This document shows, one piece after another, positions 21,229-31,323 of a stretch of 54,587 bases of DNA. The stretch is from Flavobacteriaceae bacterium (GTDB lineage: Bacteria > Bacteroidota > Bacteroidia > Flavobacteriales > Flavobacteriaceae): assembly GCA_030626795.1 (NCBI GenBank), contig DAOUTI010000001.1:1-54587 (forward strand). The letters are read 5' to 3'. Below the pieces are notes generated by a model. It saw only the letters and a list, made by a program, of their open reading frames with translations. It did no database searches and was not told the DNA's origin. Positions within the stretch are counted from its first letter, which is position 1; each line of letters opens with the position of its first letter. A program made the translations under genes and the position numbers.

Positions 21229-21831
21229 ATGACAAATGCAAAGCAATATAATCAGCTTTTTGATAATGTAATTGAAAAATATCACATTAAAGATAGTGTA
21301 GATCAAGATTTTGAAAACCCGTTTCCAAATAATAATTTAGAACATTTATTATATAGAAAATGTTGGATTGATACAGTACAGTGGCATTACGAAGATATTA
21401 TTAGAATACCAGATATCGATCCAATTGCAGCATTAAAATTAAAAAGAAAGATTGATGCATCTAATCAAGATAGAACGGATATGGTGGAATATATTGACAG
21501 CTATTTTTTAAATAATTATAAGGATGTAACTATTGATAAAGGGGCAAAAATAAATACTGAAAGTCCAGCTTGGGCAATAGATCGGTTATCTATTTTGTCT
21601 TTAAAAATTTATCATATGCATGAAGAAGCTACTCGTAAAGAAGCAAGTATTGAGCATAGAGATGCTTGTCAAATTAAATTAAATACCTTACTCGAACAAC
21701 GAGAAGATTTAACGTTGGCTATTGATGATTTAATAGAAGATATTTCTGAAGGGAAAAAATACATGAAAGTTTATAAGCAAATGAAAATGTATAATGATGA
21801 TGATTTAAATCCAATGTTATACTCAAAGTAA
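21229..21831 (+). CDS. DUF4254 domain protein
   Basis: WIDTVQWHYED, IDASNQDRTD, NTESPAWAIDRLSIL; start ATG 21229. Confidence 0.85.
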   Translation: MTNAKQYNQLFDNVIEKYHIKDSVDQDFENPFPNNNLEHLLYRKCWIDTVQWHYEDIIRIPDIDPIAALKLKRKIDASNQDRTDMVEYIDSYFLNNYKDVTIDKGAKINTESPAWAIDRLSILSLKIYHMHEEATRKEASIEHRDACQIKLNTLLEQREDLTLAIDDLIEDISEGKKYMKVYKQMKMYNDDDLNPMLYSK

Positions 21832-21874
21832 ATAGGTTTTAAGGAGTTTTTAGTATATATTAGAAAAGAATAGC

Positions 21875-23572
21875 TTAATGTTTTTTAGACTTCTTTTTCT
21901 TCTTTTTGTGTTCTTTTTTGTACATCATATCATCGACTTTTTCAGATGTTAAATTCCCAGCAGGAGACAAAGTATTGACAATTCCACTTTGAAGGGTTTT
22001 CCACAAATAATTACCAATACCTTTGTCTGGTTCATAATTGTGAGACAAAACTGCAATTCTCGGGGCTTTCTTTTTTACAGGATTAGAATTATGCAAAACG
22101 GTTTTTACAGCCCAACTTAGTATCTTGCTCTTTTCATTTTTGTGTTTGTGTTTATATACGGTTGCATCTAAATTATGATATAGCATTTTCATTGTGCCAC
22201 TAGATTTGTATTTATTAGCTTTTGCGCTAAATGTTAAGCCATCCAAATTTCCTGTTAATATTTTTAATCCTAGTACAGGATAAATAATATCATCAAAATA
22301 ATTTAATTTTGCCTTACCTAAGCTTCCGTCAAAGTAGAAAGTAGAGTTGTTATTATTCATTGGTAAAGTAAAGTTTGCTACTAAACTTGCTTTATCCATT
22401 AATTTTGACTTTAAATTAATTTTAATTGGGTTTTCTTTATACTCATCAATAGATGATACATTGTTTATTATTGCATTAATTTCATTAATTGATAGTTTTA
22501 AACCCATATTACTATTAGGAAAACTTTCTTCTAATAATAAAAGACTGTTCTCAATATTGATTTGTCTTATATATAATGGAAGTTTCATTTTTTTAAGTGC
22601 TAAATGCGGAAGCTCTTTATATAATCTTTTATCAAAAGGCTTTCTTCTATCTTTATAGAGATCAAATACAGCTTTAGACACATAAACACTATCAATAAAT
22701 ACGCCATCACCTTGAATTAGTTTAGTAAAATCAATTTTAAATAATTCAATTTTGTCAACACTTATTTCGGGAACGATATTATTATATGCATCTTTTTTTG
22801 CCAAGGCATATTTTCCATTCAAAGTTTTGTATTTAAAATTATTAATTTGAATACCAGATGTTTCTGTATCCAAATTGATTTCTTCTACAAAAAGAGTATA
22901 TCCCTTTTTTGAAAGTTCTATTTCAATGTCATTAATTTTAAAATTTTTGTTTATTGGCTTTAACTTAAACTGTTGCTCCTTAACTTTTTCAAGTTGAAAA
23001 CCATCTAAATCTAAATTAACGGGTTTGTGTTGAAAAACACTTTTTTTTGTAATCGAATCAACAATATTAATTTTTACATTGTTAATATCAAATTTATTAA
23101 TTTGAAAACTATTTATTTTTTCTATGTGTATTGAATCTAAATTAAATGGTTTTTTAGCAACTGTATCCTGTTTTTTTCTATTTGTTTTTTGAATAAGGAA
23201 GTCATTAATTTCTAACTCACCAATAGTAACATCTTTTCTAAACAAGTAATCAAAAAAATGAATATTGTTTATTTTTACAGATGCTATTGTAATTTTTTCT
23301 AGACTATCATTATAAATGCTTTGAGATAATGAATCGTTGGAATAAACATTTTTCGGACCTATAAAAATGTGATCAAATTCAATTGATTTTTTAAATAAAT
23401 TAAAATTAACTCCCTTTACGGAAGTTACATATTTATCTGATTTTGAATCATTTAAAAGAGCAGCGATTTTATTCTCTACAAAATTTGTAAGAAATAAATT
23501 TAGAAAAATTAGAAGAGCAATAACAGAAACAATAACAATAATTCCAATTCTATATATTTTTTTGTTAAGCAT
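21875..23572 (-). CDS. Hypothetical membrane-anchored protein (AsmA/DUF748-like, beta-rich)
   Basis: N-terminal TM anchor, repetitive beta-strand pattern, NYLWKTLQSG near the C-terminus. Confidence 0.6.
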   Translation of the reverse strand: MLNKKIYRIGIIVIVSVIALLIFLNLFLTNFVENKIAALLNDSKSDKYVTSVKGVNFNLFKKSIEFDHIFIGPKNVYSNDSLSQSIYNDSLEKITIASVKINNIHFFDYLFRKDVTIGELEINDFLIQKTNRKKQDTVAKKPFNLDSIHIEKINSFQINKFDINNVKINIVDSITKKSVFQHKPVNLDLDGFQLEKVKEQQFKLKPINKNFKINDIEIELSKKGYTLFVEEINLDTETSGIQINNFKYKTLNGKYALAKKDAYNNIVPEISVDKIELFKIDFTKLIQGDGVFIDSVYVSKAVFDLYKDRRKPFDKRLYKELPHLALKKMKLPLYIRQINIENSLLLLEESFPNSNMGLKLSINEINAIINNVSSIDEYKENPIKINLKSKLMDKASLVANFTLPMNNNNSTFYFDGSLGKAKLNYFDDIIYPVLGLKILTGNLDGLTFSAKANKYKSSGTMKMLYHNLDATVYKHKHKNEKSKILSWAVKTVLHNSNPVKKKAPRIAVLSHNYEPDKGIGNYLWKTLQSGIVNTLSPAGNLTSEKVDDMMYKKEHKKKKKKSKKH

Positions 23573-23930
23573 TTTTTGTTTGAGTTTTGATTAACTTCAT
23601 TAACGATTCTATATTGTTCTTGCTATTACCAATAAAAATTTTATTATCAATAATAATTACTGGTCGTTTTAAAAATGTATATTCTTCTATAATCAATTGT
23701 TTATAATCATCTTCAGTTAAAATTTTATTTTTTAAATCCATGGCCTTGTATTTTTTTGCCCTTCTGCTAAAAAGTGATTCATAACTTCCAGCCAAATCTT
23801 TCATTTCATGAAGTTGTTTTACTGTTATAGGGTCAGATTTAATATCTTGAAGTGTAAATCCGTCAAGCGGAATAGATTTTAGGATTCTTTTACAAGTATC
23901 ACAGGTTTTTAAATAAAATATTTTTTTCAT
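23565..23930 (-). CDS. ArsC/Spx family protein
   Basis: TCDTCKR CxxC and LKRPVII; start MKKIFY (ATG 23930). Confidence 0.88.
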   Translation of the reverse strand: MKKIFYLKTCDTCKRILKSIPLDGFTLQDIKSDPITVKQLHEMKDLAGSYESLFSRRAKKYKAMDLKNKILTEDDYKQLIIEEYTFLKRPVIIIDNKIFIGNSKNNIESLMKLIKTQTKNA

Positions 23931-23994
23931 TAAATTTGGCTTCATGTGATTTATCACCGGAAAGTTACTTATTTTTAACTAAAATTTTAAATAA

Positions 23995-24450
23995 ATGGAT
24001 AAAATATTTGAAACGGCTATTTTCAACAGAAAAACATTGGTACATTTTTTAAACGAACTGAGTTATGAGGAGTTAATTAAAATTCCAGAAAATTTTAATA
24101 ATTCAATCTTTTGGAATATTGCTCATGTCCTAGTTACCCAGCAATTAATTGTTTATAAGCTATCCCATTTGCCTATAAATATTGATGTTAATTTGGTTGA
24201 AAAATACACCAAAGGTTCAAAAGCAACTACCCAAGTTTCGAGAGAAGAAATTGAGTATGTCAAAAATAATTTGGTGTCTACCGTTTTAAAAACCCAAGAA
24301 GATTATAACAACGGAGTTTTTAAAGAATATACAAAATACGATACAAGCGTCAATATTAGTTTAAATAATATTGATGATTCACTACTGTTTATGGCATTTC
24401 ATGATGGTATACATTTAGGCGTAATTTTATCTCTAAAAAAAATAGTTTAA
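23995..24450 (+). CDS. DinB family protein
   Basis: [10 protein letters not shown] and HDGIHLG metal-binding motifs. Confidence 0.87.
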   Translation: MDKIFETAIFNRKTLVHFLNELSYEELIKIPENFNNSIFWNIAHVLVTQQLIVYKLSHLPINIDVNLVEKYTKGSKATTQVSREEIEYVKNNLVSTVLKTQEDYNNGVFKEYTKYDTSVNISLNNIDDSLLFMAFHDGIHLGVILSLKKIV

Positions 24451-24451
24451 A

Positions 24452-25687
24452 ATGGAAATTTTTACCGTTATTACAATTTTAGTCGTTTTTTCGGCAGTTT
24501 TTGGATATATTAATGTGAGGTTTTTAAAAATGCCAAACACGATTGGTTTGATGTCAATTACAATTACTTTTACATTAATTTTAATTGGTTTAAGTTATTT
24601 TGATAATACACTTTTAGAAAAAGAAAAGCAGTTTATTTTAAATATTGATTTTCAAACTGTTTTGTTAGACATAATGCTAAGTTTTTTACTTTTTGCTGGT
24701 GCGCTACACACTAATTTTCAGCAATTAAAAGTCCAACGAAAACCCATATTAGCATTCGCGACTTTCGGTACTATTTCATCTACTTTTATTATCGGAATAC
24801 TTATTTATTACCTTTTACAGATAATAAATTTAGATATTGATTTTATTTATTGTTTGTTATTTGGAGCGTTAATTTCTCCAACCGACCCGATTGCAGTTTT
24901 AGGGATTTTAAAAAAAGTTGGAGCACCTAAAAAACTAGAAACTAAAATTGTAGGAGAGTCATTATTTAATGATGGTGTTGGTGTTGTAATTTTTTTAACC
25001 ATATTCCAAATTGCAAAAGGCGGTACCGATTTTGAATTAAGCCATGTAGCCGAATTATTTTTTGTTGAAGTTGTTGGAGGAATAGCATTTGGAATGGTAT
25101 TAGGCTGGATTACCTATCGTTTATTAAAATCAATTGACGATTATGATATTGAAGTCATCATAACCATTGCATTGGTTATGGGAGGAACAGTTGTTGCACA
25201 AAAGCTATATATTTCTGCACCTTTGGCAATGGTAACAGCTGGACTAGTAGTAGGTAATGACACCAATAGAGAAGCTTCCATGAGTGGAATTACAGAACAA
25301 TATGTAGATAAATTTTGGGAGCTAGTAGATATACTTTTAAATACCATCTTGTTTGTGTTAATTGGTATGGAAATGTTGATTTTAACTTTTGATAAAAATT
25401 ATATCTTTGCCGGAATTTTAGCAATACCTTTAATATTGTTTGCTAGATATTTATCTTTAATGTTGCCAATAAAATTATTTGCAAAAAAATTAGATTTTAT
25501 TCCTAATACAAATATAATTATGACTTGGGGAGGTTTACGTGGAGGAATATCAATAGCTTTGGCACTCTCTTTAACTCAAGAAATGCACCGAGATTTATTT
25601 TTGGTGATAACTTATATTGTCGTTATATTTTCAATCATTGTTCAAGGTTTAACAGTGGGTAAGGTAATTAAGAAATTTGCTAAATAA
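24452..25687 (+). CDS. CPA1 family Na+/H+ antiporter (NhaP-like)
   Basis: [23 protein letters not shown]. Confidence 0.93.
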   Translation: MEIFTVITILVVFSAVFGYINVRFLKMPNTIGLMSITITFTLILIGLSYFDNTLLEKEKQFILNIDFQTVLLDIMLSFLLFAGALHTNFQQLKVQRKPILAFATFGTISSTFIIGILIYYLLQIINLDIDFIYCLLFGALISPTDPIAVLGILKKVGAPKKLETKIVGESLFNDGVGVVIFLTIFQIAKGGTDFELSHVAELFFVEVVGGIAFGMVLGWITYRLLKSIDDYDIEVIITIALVMGGTVVAQKLYISAPLAMVTAGLVVGNDTNREASMSGITEQYVDKFWELVDILLNTILFVLIGMEMLILTFDKNYIFAGILAIPLILFARYLSLMLPIKLFAKKLDFIPNTNIIMTWGGLRGGISIALALSLTQEMHRDLFLVITYIVVIFSIIVQGLTVGKVIKKFAK

Positions 25688-25715
25688 ATAAATTTTATAA
25701 AAAAAATAATTAACA

Positions 25716-26861
25716 ATGGAATTCAATACAAAAGTCATTCATGGTGGTCAAAAACACGACCCAAGTACAGGAGCTGTGATGCCCCCAATTTACCAAACTT
25801 CTACTTATGCACAAAGTTCACCAGGAAACCATAAAGGTTATGAGTACTCTCGAACTGCAAACCCAACCCGTACTGCTTTAGAGAACTCTTTGGCAAGTAT
25901 TGAAAATGGAAATTACGGTTTGGCTTTTGGCTCTGGTTTGGCTGCAATTGATGCCGTAATTAAGTTATTAAGTCCCGGGGACGAAGTAATATCTACCAAT
26001 GATTTATATGGAGGTACTTATAGACTTTTTACTAAAATATATGAGAATTTCGGAATTAAATTCCATTTTATTGGCATGGAAAATGCACAAAATATTGAGG
26101 AATATATCAATGCAAATACCAAAATAATTTGGGTTGAAACACCTACCAATCCAATGTTGAATATTATTGATATTGAGGCTTCAGCTAAAATTGCTAAAAA
26201 ACATAAATTACTTCTTGTTGTCGATAATACTTTTGCAACACCATATTTACAATTGCCTTTAGATTTAGGTGCAGATGTTGTAATGCATTCTGCTACCAAA
26301 TATTTAGGCGGGCATTCTGATGTAGTAATGGGAGCTTTAATTGTAAAGGATAAAGCATTGGCCGAAAAACTGTATTTTATTCAAAATGCAAGTGGTGCAA
26401 TTTGTGGTCCTATGGATAGCTTTTTGGTTTTACGAGGTATAAAAACTTTGCATTTACGCATGCAAAGACATTGTGAAAATGGCAAAGCTGTTGCTGAATA
26501 TTTAGCTGCTCACCCAAAAATTGGAAATGTATATTGGCCTGGTTTTGAAAATCATCCAAATCATCAAATAGCTAAAAAACAAATGAAAGATTTTGGAGGG
26601 ATGTTATCTTTTACAATTAAAGGAAATAACTACGATAGCGCCATCAAGGTATTAGAAAACCTAAAAGTATTTACTTTAGCCGAATCTCTAGGAGGTGTAG
26701 AGTCGTTAAGTGGTCACCCAGCAAGTATGACACATGCCTCTATTCCAAAAGAAGAAAGAGAAAAAACAGGTGTTATTGACTCTTTAATCAGATTGAGTGT
26801 TGGTGTAGAAAGTAAAAATGATTTGATAAATGATTTAAGTAAAGCTTTAAAACTTATTTAA
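25716..26861 (+). CDS. Cystathionine gamma-synthase/gamma-lyase (Cys/Met PLP enzyme)
   Basis: YSRTANPT, ETPTNP, DNTFATP, SATKYLGGHSD. Confidence 0.93.
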   Translation: MEFNTKVIHGGQKHDPSTGAVMPPIYQTSTYAQSSPGNHKGYEYSRTANPTRTALENSLASIENGNYGLAFGSGLAAIDAVIKLLSPGDEVISTNDLYGGTYRLFTKIYENFGIKFHFIGMENAQNIEEYINANTKIIWVETPTNPMLNIIDIEASAKIAKKHKLLLVVDNTFATPYLQLPLDLGADVVMHSATKYLGGHSDVVMGALIVKDKALAEKLYFIQNASGAICGPMDSFLVLRGIKTLHLRMQRHCENGKAVAEYLAAHPKIGNVYWPGFENHPNHQIAKKQMKDFGGMLSFTIKGNNYDSAIKVLENLKVFTLAESLGGVESLSGHPASMTHASIPKEEREKTGVIDSLIRLSVGVESKNDLINDLSKALKLI

Positions 26862-27676
26862 TTTTTTCCAAAAACATAAATAACTCCAAAATTAATATAA
26901 ACCATAGTGTCATTATAATCACTTCCGGTTTTAACACCAGAAGTAGGATCTGGACCATCATCATCTAAACCATCAACTTGGTCAGAAAAGAAATGTTGCC
27001 AACGACCATCTAGAACCAAATCAAAACTTTCGATACTATATCTTAAACCAGCTCCTATTGACGCCCCAAAAGTTGATCCTTTTTCTAAATAAATAGAATC
27101 TTCTTGCCATTTGGGTATTAAATCAGTATAAGGTTCATCTGGACCCTCAAGAGAATTACCATCAACAAAAATATCTGGGTCATAAAAACTATAGTGTAAA
27201 CCGACACTTACAAAAGGATTAAAAGTACCATTACTTTTATAGTAAGAAGAATAATCTTCAAGCTCTAAAAAATAATACTCCAAGTTCGTACCAATATTGT
27301 ACATTTTAATTTCACCCGTCATTCTTCGTAAAGCAACTGCAATTGCTCCATTTCCCTTAGCATACTCTCCTTCATGTTCAATTTTGGTATTGAACATATA
27401 GTTAAATTCAGTTTTTAATTTAAAATGCTGCGAAAAGTAACTCGAGCCACTTCTCCAACTATATTGACTACCAAAAAACTTTAAATAATGCGAAACACCA
27501 AACGAAAAAGTTGATGCGTTTGCACTAGGAAAATCGCCGCTTTGTCCAAAATCAGTTTGAAAAGAGGCAACCCCAAAAGATAAACCTAATTCATGACTAA
27601 ATTTAGATTGTGAGTATGTAGTAGTAAAAAAGAAGAAAGTAATTAATATACTTAAAACAGGTAATGATTTCTTCAT
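26858..27676 (-). CDS. THC0290_0291-family outer membrane beta-barrel protein
   Basis: Signal peptide, FSHELG...FQTDFGQ, YFSQHFK, VDGL, C-terminal beta-signal. Confidence 0.7.
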   Translation of the reverse strand: MKKSLPVLSILITFFFFTTTYSQSKFSHELGLSFGVASFQTDFGQSGDFPSANASTFSFGVSHYLKFFGSQYSWRSGSSYFSQHFKLKTEFNYMFNTKIEHEGEYAKGNGAIAVALRRMTGEIKMYNIGTNLEYYFLELEDYSSYYKSNGTFNPFVSVGLHYSFYDPDIFVDGNSLEGPDEPYTDLIPKWQEDSIYLEKGSTFGASIGAGLRYSIESFDLVLDGRWQHFFSDQVDGLDDDGPDPTSGVKTGSDYNDTMVYINFGVIYVFGKN

Positions 27677-27770
27677 AATTTTGGTTAATTTAAAAACAAT
27701 GATTTACAAATATAAAAAAGAAAATGTTTAAATGACTCATTTAAAATTAAAAAACTAAAAAAACTAAAAT

Positions 27771-28106
27771 TTATTGTCCATTAAGCTCAATTATTGGGTC
27801 CCAGAAAATATTTTCAAAATTCAAAATTTGATTATTATCCACTTTAATACCCTCGTTCTCTAAAAGTTGTTGCATTAAATTTGTGCCATCAAAATGGTGC
27901 TTTCCAGTAAGTATTCCTTTTCTATTTACAACCCTATGAGCAGGAATAGATTCGTCTAAACCGGAATTGTTTAAAGCCCAACCTACCATTCTTGCAGATC
28001 TTGGTGTGCCTAAGTATTTTGCAATCGCACCGTAACTAGTTACTTTACCATAAGGGATTTTTTTTGTAATTTGATAAACTTTTTCAAAAAACCCGTTATT
28101 ACTCAT
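27771..28106 (-). CDS. Alkyltransferase-like (ATL/MGMT-family) protein
   Basis: IPYGKVTSYG, ARMVGWAL; PAHRV in place of catalytic PCHRV. Confidence 0.9.
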   Translation of the reverse strand: MSNNGFFEKVYQITKKIPYGKVTSYGAIAKYLGTPRSARMVGWALNNSGLDESIPAHRVVNRKGILTGKHHFDGTNLMQQLLENEGIKVDNNQILNFENIFWDPIIELNGQ

Positions 28107-28134
28107 ATCACTTTAATTATTTTTACTAGACGAA

Positions 28135-28806
28135 CTAATAATTAGTTTTAAACTTCACGTAAGTAATAGGTTTGTTTTTTTCTAAATATTGATTTTCGTA
28201 AAAAGTTTGAATGGAAGTTGCCTCTTCTGGCGGACTAGAACTATTATAAATATCATGGTGTGCGTAAAAAATTTCGTGCTTGCCTTCGTGAAGCAAACCT
28301 AATAAGTAACCATGTAAAAATTCACTGTCAGTTTTTAAATGCACAAAACCATCTTTTTTTAAGATGTGTTGATATTTTTTTAAAAAGGGCACTGTAATTA
28401 AACGATGCTTGGTTCGTTTGTATTTTATTTGTGGATCTGGAAAAGTAATCCAAATTTCAGAGACTTCATTTTCAGAAAAACACAAATCTATAAGTTCAAT
28501 TTGGGTTCTTAAAAAAGCTACATTATTTAGATTTTCTTCTAAAGCAGTTTTAGCGCCTCTCCAAAAACGAGCACCTTTAATATCAATACCTATAAAATTT
28601 TTATTTGGATATTTTTTGGCAAGAGCTACAGAATATTCTCCTTTACCGCATCCCAATTCAAGAACAATAGGGTTTTCATTTTTAAAAAAGGCATGCCACT
28701 TTCCCTTTAAGGCGAAACCAGTTGTAACCTCATCACGACTAGGCTGAATTACATTGTCAAATGTTTCGTTTTCACGAAACCTTTTCAATTTGTTTTTACT
28801 ACCCAC
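28135..28806 (-). CDS. trmB: tRNA (guanine-N7)-methyltransferase
   Basis: LELGCGKG, FPDPQ, HRL, LKTD. Confidence 0.95.
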   Translation of the reverse strand: MGSKNKLKRFRENETFDNVIQPSRDEVTTGFALKGKWHAFFKNENPIVLELGCGKGEYSVALAKKYPNKNFIGIDIKGARFWRGAKTALEENLNNVAFLRTQIELIDLCFSENEVSEIWITFPDPQIKYKRTKHRLITVPFLKKYQHILKKDGFVHLKTDSEFLHGYLLGLLHEGKHEIFYAHHDIYNSSSPPEEATSIQTFYENQYLEKNKPITYVKFKTNY

Positions 28807-28830
28807 TGTAATAAATTTTTTGAATAAAGT

Positions 28831-29031
28831 TTATTCGTTACTGGTTTTTTTAAATTTTTGTAATTGTGTTAACCAATACAAAAATAACGCACCAGTAATG
28901 CTTATAAAAATTGCATTCACAACATTTGAAAACCAAAATTGCTCACCTAAAGAGCGAAAAGCATCGTAAGGTAAAAATAAAATATTGGTACAAAAATCAC
29001 CAATAGCTCTAAAAATATTAATCGGAATCAT
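28831..29031 (-). CDS. Small membrane protein (DUF6341-like)
   Basis: 66 aa, LFLPYDAFR and WFSNVVN with one TM; recalled Flavobacteriaceae family near upp. Confidence 0.65.
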   Translation of the reverse strand: MIPINIFRAIGDFCTNILFLPYDAFRSLGEQFWFSNVVNAIFISITGALFLYWLTQLQKFKKTSNE

Positions 29032-29154
29032 ATAAATAATTTTAAAATCAATGCAAACGGTTAGGCTTGCGTTATAAAGTTTTTTACATTCGCTAAAACT
29101 TGTAAAAAACTAAGTTAGCGAAATCTTAAAAGCGCAAAAGTAAAAAATATCATT

Positions 29155-30078
29155 ATGATTGCCAATTTTTTCAGTAAAACAAAACCAATAAATTTTGTAG
29201 TTCTATCCATTGTGATGCTAATTATGTTTATTATTGGAATGATAAATAATTTATCAGAGAACATTTCCTTTATTTTTTTGCTAAAAAAAAGTGTTTACTT
29301 ATTAATTGCAATTCTCACTATTTTTATTTTAAATTTTATTATCAGAAAAAATACACTTACAGATGATAATACTTACGCAATTCTATTTTTTATTTTAATG
29401 TTTGGTTTTTTTTCTAACACTTTTTTCGATAAAAACATTTTTGGAGCAAACTTTATTTTACTGTTTGCCTTTAGAAGAATTTATAGTTTAAGATCATCAA
29501 TTGAGCCTAAAGAAAAAATATTTGATAGTGCATTTTGGATTGGTGTAGCAAGTTTATTCTATGTTTGGAGCATTGTTTATTTACTGCTTTTATTTGCTGC
29601 CATTTGGGTGTTTAAAAAAAGAGATTGGAAAAATGTTTTCATCCCTATTATTGGGTTTATTACCCCAATTTTTTTAGTATTCACTTATTTATTAATGGTA
29701 AATCGAGCTGATGAATTTCACGAATTTTGGAACGTTAATTATAGTTTTGATTTATATAAATATGTCTCAATTAAATATTTAATACCAATACTATTTTTAG
29801 TAGCTTTGGCCTTAATTTCACTTTTTCCTACCATTAGAAAATCATTATTATCAAAAATTGATTTTAAATCTACTTGGACTATTTTGATATTCCATGTGTT
29901 ATTGTCAATTGTAATAGTTGCTATAGCTCCAATAAAAAATGGATCAGAATTTCTTTTTTTATTTTTCCCTCTAGCAATTTTATTTGCCAATTATTTACAA
30001 ATAATAAAAAAGTACTGGATAAAAGAAGCGATTTTATATTTGTTTTTAGCAGTATTAATAACAGTTAATGTGATATAA
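29155..30078 (+). CDS. Polytopic membrane protein (DUF6427-like)
   Basis: MIANFFSKTKPINF start, RRIYSLRS, KIFDSAFWI; about 9-10 TM. Confidence 0.7.
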   Translation: MIANFFSKTKPINFVVLSIVMLIMFIIGMINNLSENISFIFLLKKSVYLLIAILTIFILNFIIRKNTLTDDNTYAILFFILMFGFFSNTFFDKNIFGANFILLFAFRRIYSLRSSIEPKEKIFDSAFWIGVASLFYVWSIVYLLLLFAAIWVFKKRDWKNVFIPIIGFITPIFLVFTYLLMVNRADEFHEFWNVNYSFDLYKYVSIKYLIPILFLVALALISLFPTIRKSLLSKIDFKSTWTILIFHVLLSIVIVAIAPIKNGSEFLFLFFPLAILFANYLQIIKKYWIKEAILYLFLAVLITVNVI

Positions 30079-30079
30079 A

Positions 30080-30730
30080 TTACAATTTTACACCAAAAGC
30101 TAAATCACCAGCATCACCCAGTCCAGGTATTATATATCCCTTTTTATTGAGTTGATCATCAATAGTAGCAACCCACAGATGTGTATTTTCAGGAAAATAT
30201 TTTTTTATAAACTCAATACCTTCTGTTGCAGCGATTACACAAACCAAATGAATTTGTTTGACGTTGCCTAACTTTTTTAAGGTTTCATAAACTGCGACTA
30301 AAGAACTTCCTGTAGCTAACATGGGATCAGCTAAAAGTAGAATTTTTTGATCTAAACTAGGAGAAGCTAGATACTCAACCCTTATTTCAAATTCATTATC
30401 AGTAGTATGGTGTCGAGATGCTGAAATAAAAGCATTTTCAATTTGATCAAAATAATTTAATATGCCTTGGTGAAGCGGTAAACCAGCTCTTAAAACTGAA
30501 CATAAAACTAAATTATTTGTTGTTATTTTAATAGTTTTTTCTCCTAGAGGAGTTGTAACTTTTTGAGTCGAGTAACTTAACTCTTTACTAAGTTCATAAC
30601 TTAAAATTTCACCAATACGTTCAATATTTCTTCTAAAACGCATGGCGTCTTTTTGAATATTTTTGTTTCTAATTTCAGCTACAAAATTATTTAAAACAGA
30701 ACTCGAAACATCAAAATTGTGTATAATCAA
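30080..30730 (-). CDS. upp: Uracil phosphoribosyltransferase
   Basis: VLRAG, DPMLATG, GYIIPGLGDAGD; probable TTG start at 30730. Confidence 0.95.
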   Translation of the reverse strand: MIIHNFDVSSSVLNNFVAEIRNKNIQKDAMRFRRNIERIGEILSYELSKELSYSTQKVTTPLGEKTIKITTNNLVLCSVLRAGLPLHQGILNYFDQIENAFISASRHHTTDNEFEIRVEYLASPSLDQKILLLADPMLATGSSLVAVYETLKKLGNVKQIHLVCVIAATEGIEFIKKYFPENTHLWVATIDDQLNKKGYIIPGLGDAGDLAFGVKL

Positions 30731-30830
30731 AATAAAAAAATTTAGTAACACAAATATATAAAATTTAGATGCTTTAAATTAGTAAATTTGTATATTGTAA
30801 TTTATAATTAACCAATTAAAATTTATACTT

Positions 30831-31268
30831 ATGGGATTATTTTCTTTTTTAAAAGGATTTGGAGAAAAAACAATGGATACTAGTGCAGAAAACAATGTTA
30901 ATGCTAAAAAGTTAATGGATGCAGTTAAAGCCAATAATTTAAAAGTTACAGATATGGACATTGAATTAAATGGAGATACCGCTAAAATATGGGGTGTTGC
31001 AGCAGATCAGGCAACTCGCGAAAAGGTTTTGTTAACTGTTGGAAATACACTAGGGATTGCTAATGTTGATGATAAAATGACCACAGCTGTACAAGAGCCA
31101 GAAGCACAGTTTCATACAGTTGTAAGTGGAGAATCATTAAGTTTAATTGCTAAGAAGTATTATGGCGATGCCATGAAATACACTAAAATATTTGAAGCGA
31201 ATAAACCATTGCTATCAAGCCCAGATATGATTCATCCAGGGCAAGTATTAAGAATACCAAGTTTGTAG
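30831..31268 (+). CDS. lysM: BON + LysM protein (Kbp/YgaU-like)
   Basis: MGLFSFLK start, BON domain, HTVVSGESLSLIAKKYYG LysM; TAAATTTG at 30783-30790. Confidence 0.92.
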   Translation: MGLFSFLKGFGEKTMDTSAENNVNAKKLMDAVKANNLKVTDMDIELNGDTAKIWGVAADQATREKVLLTVGNTLGIANVDDKMTTAVQEPEAQFHTVVSGESLSLIAKKYYGDAMKYTKIFEANKPLLSSPDMIHPGQVLRIPSL

Positions 31269-31285
31269 TAAACTAAACAAGTCTG

Positions 31286-31323
31286 AATATCCCTGATTAA
31301 AAATATTAATCAGGGATATTTTT
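31286..31323. terminator. 15-bp perfect hairpin between convergent lysM and GT9
   Basis: AATATCCCTGATTAA (31286-31300) / TTAATCAGGGATATT (31306-31320), then T tract. Confidence 0.75.
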
